A stretch of 64,000 nucleotides of DNA from Paragordius varius (Eukaryota > Animalia > Nematomorpha): contig OZ176059.1 of the NCBI GenBank assembly GCA_964247055.1, positions 682,001-746,000 on the forward strand, read 5' to 3'. Below, piece by piece: positions 53,001 to 62,426 of the stretch (position 1 is the stretch's first letter; each line of letters starts with the position of its first letter). The position numbers and the translations under genes are program-made. The notes beneath the pieces were generated by a model that worked only from the letters and a program-made list of their open reading frames with translations, searched no databases and had not been told where the DNA came from.

Positions 53001-56000
53001 TTGTTGTGGGCTGTTTTCCGCCCCAAATTGGCCGCTAGTATACGGTGCTGTTGTTGCTGTAAGTGATGATGCCACAATGGGAAATTGGATGATTTCCGTC
53101 TCCGGCGAGAGGACATTTCCTCTTCATTACTTGGTTGCATGAGTTCATCTAAACATATATATATATAACATTGAACAAAACAGAAATTTATACCTGGATT
53201 AATGTGTGGAAATAATGTATACCATTTACACCTCTACCACAAATTAACGCTTAAACAATTTGAAATCACCCTTAACAAATTCGAATTCACCCTTAAACAA
53301 TTCGAATTTACCCTTAAACAATTCAAATTGATCCTAAAATATTATGTGTTCTCGAGCTATACAAAACAGAAATTTATACCTAGATTAATGTGTGGAAATT
53401 ATATATACCATAACACCTACCCCAAATTAACCTTTAAACAATTTAGATTCACCGTTAAACAAATTCGAATTCACCCTTAAACAATTCGAATTTACCCTTA
53501 AACAATACATCCTAAAATATTATGTGTTCTCGAGCTATACAAAACAGAAATTTATACCTGGATTAATGTGGAAATGATATATACCATTTACTCCTACCCC
53601 AAATTAACGCTTAAACAATTTGAATTCACCCTTAATTCGAATTTACCCTTAAACAATTCGAATTTACCCTAAATATGTGTCCTCGAGCTTATATAACTCT
53701 TAACATAACAATAAACAAAACAGAGATTATACATGATCAATGAAAAAATATGTACCATTTACACATCTCAAATTCACCCTTAAAAAATTTGAAATCACCC
53801 TTAAAAAATTCATATTCACCCTTAAACAATTTCACCTTTAAACAATTCAAATTAACCCTTAATAAATTCACAGTTAAACAATTCGAAGTCATCCTAAATT
53901 ATGTGTTTTCAAGCTAATATAACTCATCATTATTATGAATTATTTTTTTATGGCATAGCATATTATTTTTTCAGTATAGTTAATTTTAAATGAAATTTTA
54001 TTTTTTTGAAAATATAAAAAAATATAGGTTATTTTTTATATTCCAAAACACATAATTTATTTTAGGGTGAATTTAAACGAGGGTGAGTTTCAAATGTTCA
54101 AGGGTAAATTTGAGGTGTAAATGGTATAGTATAGTTAAAGAGTCACTCTACTTTTATAAGGATCAAATATAATGATATAAAGTTTTAAACTTATTCCTGT
54201 AAATTATAACAGTTATTTTTTGTGTTTTAATCGGGGCTTCGAACCGGATCGAAAAAAGTAAAACTGGAACCGGTTTCTGTTAAAATCTCAAAATCGGGTT
54301 TAATTTTATTTGTGATAAAAAAAGGTGAAAAAATCATAACTGAGTAAAGTAAAAATTGAAACTATGCAATTAAATATGTAAAAATTCATATGATTGTGTG
54401 CATCCGTTGTAATCTAAGTAAAAAGTATTTTAAACATATAACTAAGCTTGTGCGAAAGAAACGATTTAACATTTAGACACCTAGTATCTTGTAACCCTTA
54501 AAGCAATGAGTGGTTCCCAACAAGGGAGCAGCGCAAAGAATTTGGAGAATTCAATTAAAAAATAAAACTAGAAACCAATTAAAGGATTTCAGGTGCAAAT
54601 TATCAAGATTTGTCACCGATATGGAAAAAATTCACTTCCATAATTGCAAATAAAAGGATCTCATTGATTGGATTTTTTATAATATTATAATAAATTTCAC
54701 ATTTTTTACTTGGATTTTTTTGAGAGGGGGCCGCCGCGCAAGAATTTTAATTATCAATTTAGTGGGGTGTGAACAAAAAAAGGTTGGAAACTACTGCCTT
54801 AAGGCCTTAATGCACTAGTATCATAAATGCTATTAAAAACAGTCTTTGTGATCATACATTTAGCTGGTATTCAAACTATGTTAAAAATATCATACATATT
54901 ATGGAATCAATAATAAAACCTTAAAGCAAACTTATTTAGTAACAAATATAAAACCATACAAATATTTCTTTTTGTATAAAAAAAACTTTAATTTTATTTT
55001 TAGTAACTAACAGATAGGATCCGTTGTTGTAGTATATAATAATAGTAGATATGACAAACGTGTCATAAAGAATTAAGAATGGAATTACATCCAACAACAT
55101 AGATATATATATAATAATACGTACGAATAAATATGGCTATATTACATAAAAAATTTTTTTCTGTAATATAGGTTATTTTATTGATTTCTTATATAATAAT
55201 ATATTATATACTTATAGAGAAAAATTATAAATGATTTTCACTCCAAATATAAGAAATAATCGAAAAATTAGGCTTTAAATATCAAAAAAGAGAAAGGTGT
55301 AAAAATAATTAATTATGATATAAAATTTTAGCACTTCATTATCCGTTTTTGCACCATTTTATCTTATTAAGCCAAAATTAACACCAAAATAACGGATGGC
55401 ATATTGATATAAACAGATTCATTGAATGTGCTTATGTCGATAATAATAATAATAATAATAATACCATTTTGAACTTATTTTATAGTATTCGTCTGGTTAA
55501 AATTATTTTTTAACGTTTTATACCTACCCACTACAGTGTGAAATAAACAACCATTAAAATGCATACTGTAATTCTATTACATATAAACACTTAAAAATTG
55601 CTCAGTCGTTGTATAATACCAATAAGTTTGTAATAAAATGATTTGTGCATGCTAATAATTTAATGCTATTACCTGCAACAGAGGGCGGCATCACTGAATG
55701 AATAATCTTTTCTTTGAGTTTGCGCTCAAGTTCCAAACTCTTTTTAGCTATGAGCGATTGACCAATCTGCCAAAATGTGCTGTGTAGCCGGACTTGACGC
55801 ATCAAGAAAATGTGTAAACCAAGGATATGGAGACAAAAATGGAGTATGAGCTCAAACCCAATCAATTTTATAATGTTTAACCGGTTTTCATTCTACCAAA
55901 TATGGTATAAATTATAATAATATTTCTGAGTTGTAGTGTAAACATATAAAAAATTTTTTATACAAGTATTTGCAAAGAGGACAAAACAATGATTAAATTG

Positions 56001-57888
56001 GCTTATATACTACAGCAAAAGAGTCTTCATATCATTGGTTAAATAGTTGATTAGTTGGTGCTTAAAGAAAGAAATGTATGAATTGTGCAATAAAAGGATA
56101 CATCTTGAAAACAAACTCGCTAAGCACCGATAAAATGACTTTTTTCAACCAATAAAGGAAGCTCTTTACTGTATTTATTGACAATGAAAAACGTATGTTC
56201 CATTACATTTATTAATAATAATATGACTTCAAAAGATTTATATCTATAATACAATAAACATTAATGATGGTCAATTCACGTTATTTATGGTCAATAGGTG
56301 ATAGAGTAACGTATGATATAAAACATATTTCATCCATAGTTACATAAAATTTAATGATGTAAGATGGCAAAAAGATGTAATTTTAACCATTTATCCTTTT
56401 TTACCATATGTTTATGTATTGCCAATCGGCCAAAAATAATATGAATTGACCGACATGAATGTACATACTGTAAATAAAAATAAAATGTTTTACCAAGGCC
56501 CAAAGATGAATCCTATCCAGATGGGCTAATCGAACGGCCGACAAAGTTATAAATATGATACTGTATGATAGCGCAAGCCCTGCCGTAAATAACATTGGTG
56601 CATTGGTAAATGTGTATAACAAGACTATGACCTGTAACGAGGTGGCAAAATTTGCGAAATAACTTAGCGTAGCATCACTCCCGATTAACCGTTGATCGGT
56701 TGGCATAACGGGAACTGGACTAAGGATATAACCACCCCTAGGCCGTGAAAATGTAAAGAGACTGAGTACGCATATGGTTATGCTCCAAAACATGGAAAGC
56801 GTACCGTAATGACGATCAAAGACACGCGTAAACGTGGCAAAGAAGGAAGCAAATGCCAAAGCAAGCAAAAGGGATGAACCAATCAAAATTTGGATCCAAC
56901 GATTAGCATAGGCTACTGAACCCATGTAAGCACTCCATGTGGCAATGGATAAACTTACAAAGCATAGGGCTATACGGAATTGACGCTTAACCAATGGTAT
57001 GGAAGTTTTTTTGAGTTGCGTTTCAAGTATGTCCGAATCAAATCGCGGGTTCCACCAAGTCGGTGCGGCCCGTTCAAACAGTTGTGGAAGACGTGTCTGA
57101 CAACAGGGTTTGTTATGCCGCAACGATTTATGTGCCCGTTTATGCTTTTGATAATAATAATTGTCTGATACCTTTTTAAATTCGCCATTTTGAAGCAGAC
57201 GATTATGGCTTTTGTAATCAAAGGAGGAGGAAGAATTAATTTTGCTATAATCTTGGTTTAAGTTATGGTCAATTTTATTTCCAATCGTATTAGTTGTTGC
57301 AACCAAAGGCATTTTTAGTTCCTGTTCTATGGCATCCCTTGTTAATGGAGCTTTCTCATTCCTTTTTTCGGAAGAATAGGTAAAGGTTGAAGCTTTGTGA
57401 ACGGTCGGTAACGAATGTTGAGATTGCAAAGGTATATACTTATGTTTATCGCTAAAATTACGAGATTTTTTGGACTTACCCAAGGGCGATGATCGCCAAC
57501 GAAACCATTTAGCAGCCCAGGAACGGTTGTTACTATCTTCAAATCGTGCCGTTTTCTTTAGCACAGAATAATTTTCATTGCCACCAGGTGATTTTGGTGT
57601 CACGGGAGGTAACATATTATTGTCATTAAAAGATATACCTTTTTCATTTGATCTAGCGATAGGAGTAGAAGTAAGCCCACCATCTAGACTGGGAAGAAGG
57701 GTGTTTGCAAAAGATTTTGGGGCCGTAATAGTTGTCGTCGTATTATACGGTTTTTTATCATGTTCATCGCCCAAATGAACTATAGTATCCATAGCAGGCT
57801 GTTGGGCAATGTTTGTTGTTACATTAGTTGTTGAAATTGACATATTAGTGGTTGGTATTTTATTATCGGTGTTGTTAATGTTTGACAT
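34949..57888 (-). CDS. ADCY9: Adenylate cyclase type 9 orthologue (12-TM class III cyclase), ~2,464 aa
   Basis: Minus-strand exons 57888-56494, 55892-55673, 53148-52744, 51359-50505, 49453-49346, 47366-46960, 45593-45462, 44628-44391, 43886-43771, 41977-41541, 41142-40897, 40531-40268, 39903-38393, 37974-37120, 36352-36264, 35065-34949 (7395 nt, phases consistent). AC9-type motifs: [60 protein letters not shown]...[41 protein letters not shown]...[68 protein letters not shown]. Confidence 0.95.
35895..36189. mobile_element. MITE family A copy
   Basis: Family internal sequence; right end GAATTGTAAATGGTATA. Confidence 0.8.
40583..40830. mobile_element. MITE family A copy
   Basis: TATACCATTTAAAC ... 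AAATTGTAAATGGTAG. Confidence 0.8.
42121..43108. mobile_element. ~1-kb non-autonomous DNA transposon, TIR GGGTGGGGTGATAAAAA
   Basis: Perfect 17-bp terminal inverted repeat plus imperfect subterminal inverted GTGATAAAA/AAGTC blocks; no ORF. Confidence 0.75.
45651..45945. mobile_element. MITE family A copy, followed within a few bp by a family D copy
   Basis: TATACCATTTACAGC ... TTTAAATGGTATA. Confidence 0.8.
45950..46131. mobile_element. MITE family D (TIR CAGTATGCATTTTAATGGTTGCTTATTTCACACTATAG)
   Basis: Inverted ends; second copy 49702-49829, half copy ~55530-55568. Confidence 0.75.
46352..46520. mobile_element. MITE family C (TIR CAGTATGAGTAAGTATACATTGCTAGAAAGTTATTAATTATTGCCAAATAGCATA)
   Basis: TA-flanked palindromic element. 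Other copies ~51626-51805, ~51939-52133, 60265-60470; partial ~52223 and ~58838. Confidence 0.85.
46663..46866. mobile_element. MITE family F (TIR CAGTCATGTATATGTAGAATTG)
   Basis: ta|CAGTCATGTATATGTAGAATTGACAGA ... TCTGACAATTCTACACATACATGACTG|ta. Confidence 0.85.
47591..47894. mobile_element. MITE family A copy abutting a family B copy
   Basis: TATACCATTTACA ... CTGTAAATGGTATA. Confidence 0.85.
48005..48190 (+). ncRNA. Candidate RNase MRP RNA-like sequence (or a small TTAA-flanked MITE)
   Basis: GC-rich island with GTCTCCGGAC (48063-48072), TAGTTTCGAAGG (48134-48145) and CACACGGGG (48154-48162), in the order of human RMRP CR-I, CR-IV and CR-V as recalled; the core is short and P1/P2 pairing is unconvincing. 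Confidence 0.25.
50158..50457. mobile_element. MITE family B copy
   Basis: ta|CAGTAAAAATTAAAATTATA ... TATAATCTCAATTATTACTG|ta. Confidence 0.8.
50505..51010 (-). other. Adenylate cyclase C1a catalytic domain
   Basis: FADIVGFT and TLGDCY metal-binding aspartates; MRVGIHTG; FDVWSNDV. Confidence 0.95.
52568..52721. mobile_element. MITE family A3 (TIR TATACCATTTTTCAAACAAAAGC; internal AACGCAAC/GTTGCGTT)
   Basis: Complete copy; partial copies ~7180-7317, ~35205-35325, ~43635-43746. Confidence 0.75.
53177..53716. repeat. Tandem array of three ~176-186-bp units (flank + left arm of MITE-A), running into a complete MITE-A at 53751-54128
   Basis: Unit starts AAAACAGAAATTTATACC at 53177, 53363, 53541 and (diverged) 53717. 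Confidence 0.85.
54504..54796. mobile_element. hAT (Charlie-like) MITE
   Basis: Ends ..GTGGTTCCCAAC / GTTGGAAACTACTG; near-identical 8-bp flanks CCTTAAAG / CCTTAAGG. Confidence 0.7.
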
Positions 57889-57966
57889 TTGTCACCCGTA
57901 TTCGTCGTTTAATTATATATCGTGTTTGACCCAAAATAATTTATTGTGAACGACATTTGAATATTC
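57889..57966 (-). other. Spliced 5' UTR segment of ADCY9 containing a 15-codon uORF (57956-57909)
   Basis: Acceptor-like ttttaaacag|G at 57967; ATG TCG...AAT TAA out of frame with the main ATG, ending 20 nt before it. Confidence 0.5.
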
Positions 57967-58384
57967 CTGTTTAAAAATCATGATAAAAGATTTAAAATTG
58001 AGTGGATAAATGTTAAAAGTATGGATTCACAAAGTAGATGATAGTTTTATGACCGTTTCTAATCTACAAGCAATTTTATAATGTAAATAAAAGATAAATT
58101 TATCTATATGTTAAAACAATTTATATTTCAAAATCAATAAAATGATACAACAATAAAATCCATTTCAGAAGAAAATATTTATTGAAATACATAATCAAAT
58201 ATATATGTTAATTAAAAGAAAATAATTTATTCGGACACATATAGAAACCATATAATCAGACAGCACATATGAGATAAAAATATGTTATAAGTTTGTTTGT
58301 TTAAACGTTCAAGTCCACAAATTCAGTTATCAAGTATATAGCAATAATATATATGAGTACAAATATTATTGTTTGTCTCATATA

Positions 58385-58509
58385 CAGTAGCGTATGGTAA
58401 AAAACAACAAATGGATGCGATTAAACCATTGATTCCAAAATTATTTTAACTATTATAAATTATACATATTAAATTATGAACAAACTCTTTTTGATACCAT
58501 ACGTTACTG
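58385..58509. mobile_element. MITE family G (TIR CAGTAGCGTATGGTA)
   Basis: ta|CAGTAGCGTATGGTA ... TACCATACGTTACTG|ta. Confidence 0.75.
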
Positions 58510-59432
58510 TATGGTATGGATATTAAACGAGTCAAGAAGAAAAAAATAGAAGCAACTTGGTCATTTTCTCGTAACAAAAATATAAAAAAAAATTTACTAT
58601 TTGCAAAAAAAAGTGGTTAAAAATAAAAAAAGAGGCGAAAAAAATATGTGTGCACAACTAAAAAGGGGATATATGTGGGAGAATAAAGTAAGCAAAACTT
58701 AGAGAAAACGCTTGTTTTTGCCGCAATTGTCAAATGTACAGTAACGAAGAGGTATTACATTAGCCATTTTAGTATATATTAATTGGTTAAAAGGAGGGGA
58801 TTTATCATACATGTCTGTTGGTATGGATTTTATAATAAGTATGAGTAAGCCTACATTGCTAGAAAGTTATTAATGATTGCCAAATAGCATATACAAAGGG
58901 CATATTTTTGGCTTATAGTTATGTTGCCTATTCAATTAAAATTGTTGAGAAAAAAATACGGTGATGCCTGTTCACAATGACATATCATGTTAGCAATCAT
59001 TTCAAAGCAAATAAAAATGGAAAAATCTAATATCAACAGACATGTAAATTAGCCATTATTTAAAAAGGCCAAATGGCCAATAATATTTCTCGATACTGTA
59101 TATATAAACCAACCAATGAATAAATTTACATAAATGTCGTAAATTAGTGGTTTTTATAATCATGGTCCTCATTACATTTTGGGGTATATTTGCCCCCCTC
59201 GGTCAATTTCAAATTCAATTGCCTTAAAGTAAAAATATCCTCATATGAAACTATTTTCCGCCAAACATTGTTAAGAAATTTTTTTGTGAAACAAACTGGC
59301 AAATAAAAATTTCTATGGTTATTATTGTAAAGACTAATGTTTTAGACAACACAATACAATTATAATATTTGTTTTCAAATCAGCCGTTTGTTTCAATTAG
59401 ATTTAAGAGCTTTCTATATATACACTCTAGGA

Positions 59433-59708
59433 CAGGGACTGTCCAACACAAATGGCTTTGCGGGCCGTGTTTGGAAAATATATGGGTATTCAAAAATATT
59501 TTTTTTAGACCTTAGACCATAGATAGACTGTAAAAACAACAACTATTTAAACAGTTATTGCTAGTTCATTGCCGCCAAAATTCAGAGATTATCACAGAAA
59601 ATTTGTTTAGGAAATAATTTTTCTTAGTTTTCGTAAAATTTTGTATTTGAAATTTCTTGCCGGGGGGACCGCAGAATTATTTTGAAGGGCAGCGTATTAA
59701 ATACCCTG
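59433..59708. mobile_element. hAT-type MITE related to 4342-4632
   Basis: Shared CAGGG..GTC.AACACAAATGGCTTTGCG start and ...ACCCTG end; no clear TSD. Confidence 0.65.
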
Positions 59709-59814
59709 ACTATTGAAAATAAAAAAATTTTTTAACTATTTATAATATAAAAGTGTGTATTTGAAAATTATATTATTAACAAAAACAGTAAGCTCCAGGA
59801 AAAAGACTCTAAAT

Positions 59815-60115
59815 TAGGGTTGTCCCACACATAAATGGCTTCACCACCACCGCAAATTTAAAAAAAAAACGGCGGGCCGTTTGAAATATCAAAAATAAAT
59901 ATTTTTAGTTGATTTTAAACCAGGAGTATAAAAGGCAAACACTACACAACAATTTTAGTAAGTGCCAATCGGTATGTATGACATATTAAGAAAATTTTTT
60001 GTAGAAATATCAATTGTAGTAAGATTTTGTGAGCATATATTTGCAAATTATAGGCTTATTTCCAATTTTTTGCGGGCCCAACATAAAGTTGGAGGGCGGC
60101 GTGTTGAACACCCTG
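59815..60115. mobile_element. hAT-type MITE with perfect 8-bp TSD
   Basis: TAGGGTTGTCCCACAC ... GTGTTGAACACCCTG; TSD CTCTAAAT at 59807-59814 and 60116-60123. Confidence 0.85.
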
Positions 60116-62129
60116 CTCTAAATGTATAATATCGATCAAAAGTGAAAAAAATAATATAAAATACATTTAATAATATTTTAAATTTTGGTAACTTGTAAAA
60201 AAATGGTAATCAAATATTTTCTGTCAAATTATTCAAATGCATATATTATTGATATTTTGCATTGCAGTATGAATAAATATAAATTGCTAAAAAGTAATTA
60301 TAATTATTGCCAAATAGTATACATATACAACAAAGGGGGCAGTATTATTGGCTTATAGTTATTTTTACACTTTTTACTATTATTAGCCAATAATTCTCTT
60401 TGCTACATATGCTATTTGGCAATAATATTAAATAACTTTATTTTATAGCAATGTATATTTACTCATACTGTAATTATACTTTCATGATACATTTTAAATT
60501 TGTTTTCGTTTTCAAAATAGATAACCTTAAACAGCCATAGTATTAATATGGGATAATTGTTAACAAAATTTTGTTTCGCTAGAAACCATTTAAAAGATCC
60601 ATATATCCAATACCATACCATAATACCACCTAATAAGCCATACAATGCATATTTCAATTTTGCCCAAATCGATATTGCTAATTTAAAAATGGGGTGGGGG
60701 CTAATAAATAACTCCAAAAGTAATATTTGATGTAAAAATCGTCTAATATAACGAAAAATAATAGCCTATCAATAACTGTATTGAAAACTTTGCCTGTAAT
60801 ATTTTCCAAAGAGTTTCTTGCGTTAAATGTACCATTTATTTTATTAGCTAGGTTTATTATTGTAAATTAATGGGCCAAAATTAAGAGTTAATGGATAAAA
60901 AATAAAAAATTAACCAATTTAGATAAGCCGAAATTATCCTTTTTTGATTAGTTTTGAAAATACTTTATGGAATCAAGCAGGAAGATTAAAGGTAAAAAAC
61001 GGGAAAATTATTTCAATTGTGTTGATTTATAGGATTTAGAAAAATGTGTAATTATCAGAAACATATAAGACTTTAAAAAATAGTATATTCTCCAATACTA
61101 AAAAATTAAGAGTGGCATTAATAAAGAGAGCCAAGCTAACTAAAAATATCTGATATAAAAAACATTACAATTGTAAAGTGGGAAACCTCGGGCCAATTAG
61201 TTGTAAACATGTTTATTAGATGTCAATAACCAAATATAATGATAATAAAATCAAAACAAAAATAAACATCAAAACTAATGTGATTAAATATATAGAAATG
61301 AATTTTACCTTAAAGCCGTCCTTATCATAACGTTTGTTTATATAATGCATACAGTAAAACATGTGTAGATTTGTACTATTTATATATATATATATAATAT
61401 GTGTACTGCTAAGAGGTATGATAATTTTTTACTTTGAATAAAAACAGTTGGTTTGGCAAAATTTTAATATTTTTTTAAAAAGGTATTTTATTATCTTAAT
61501 CGCTTAGATGTATCGATACACCGTTATTTATTTTCACTTAGAAGATTATCTTGATTTTGATTTTTTTAAATTTTCCCTTTACAGTATGTAAATTATTTTA
61601 TCTTCTGTTAATTTGCTTTAGTTCACCAGGGTACTTTTAATACCTAAATATCAATAACTGATTATGCGGAAAATTCATAAATTTGAAAATACAAATTATA
61701 CATATTAAAGTTTAATTAGAAGTTGATTCTAAAAATTTTTTCATTTAATATGTTAACTGCAAATTAAAATTTTAAATATCCTTAAATATAATATAAGCTT
61801 TTTTTACGTGCATTCAAAAAATATCTAACATTTTATGACTTCATTTTTTTCTTAATTGACATATTGGAATAGTTTTCTATCCCAGAGCTCATTGTAAATT
61901 AACTTGCTTTCAAAGATATTTTTGTTAAAATTTAATTATGTACTATACACATATATTTGATAGAGGCTTATATTTTTGTTTTGTCACTTTAGAGTCTGAA
62001 ATTGGGAGAAAACCACGATCTACACATACAGTTGATATAAAAATAAAATATATATCAAGTCTTAGCTGGTAGGATGAGCCAAGTTTTTAAGGGATTATTT
62101 ACATTTTTAATTAAGACCGGAAATCTAAC

Positions 62130-62426
62130 TACAGAAATAAAGCCTAAATCAAACATCCTGGAGATTATTTTAAAAAGAAAGTTAACATATTTTGGTCATG
62201 TCATGCGATCGAATTCTCAAGAGAAAGATACAATGTTTGGAAAGATAGAAGGACAAAGGAAACAAGGCCGACCACCGATGAGGTGGTTGGATATGATAAA
62301 AGAGGAGACTAAAATGACATTAAACGAACTCAATCTAGCGGTGAAAGATAGAAGAAAATGGAAAAAATAGTTAAAATTATATCCAAAAAGTCGTTTACGA
62401 CTTAGGAATAACCAACCAACCAACCA
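62130..62426 (+). mobile_element. 5'-truncated RTE/BovB-like LINE 3' end with (AACC)n tail
   Basis: ILKRKLTYFGHVMRSNSQEKDTMFGKIEGQRKQGRPPMRWLDMIKE...AVKDRRKWK resembles RTE-BovB ORF C-terminus (L.YFGH.MR...LEK..M.GKIEG.R.RGR..MRWLD); followed by AAAGTCG...CGACT and the tandem tail. Confidence 0.85.

Noticed and set aside
53202-53480. 92-aa ORF with repeated LKQFEFT
   Set aside because: It is the translation of the 20-21-bp MITE subrepeats.
53230-53900. CRISPR-like periodic 20-bp repeats (AAATTCACCCTTAAACAATT)
   Set aside because: There are no unique spacers or cas genes, the context is eukaryotic, and they are MITE subterminal repeats.
37310-57778. Antisense or off-frame ORFs over ADCY9 exons (37310-37564, 39430-39726, 41612-41800, 50566-50934, 56970-57221, etc.)
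   Set aside because: Each lies entirely over an ADCY9 coding exon and is explained as a shadow.
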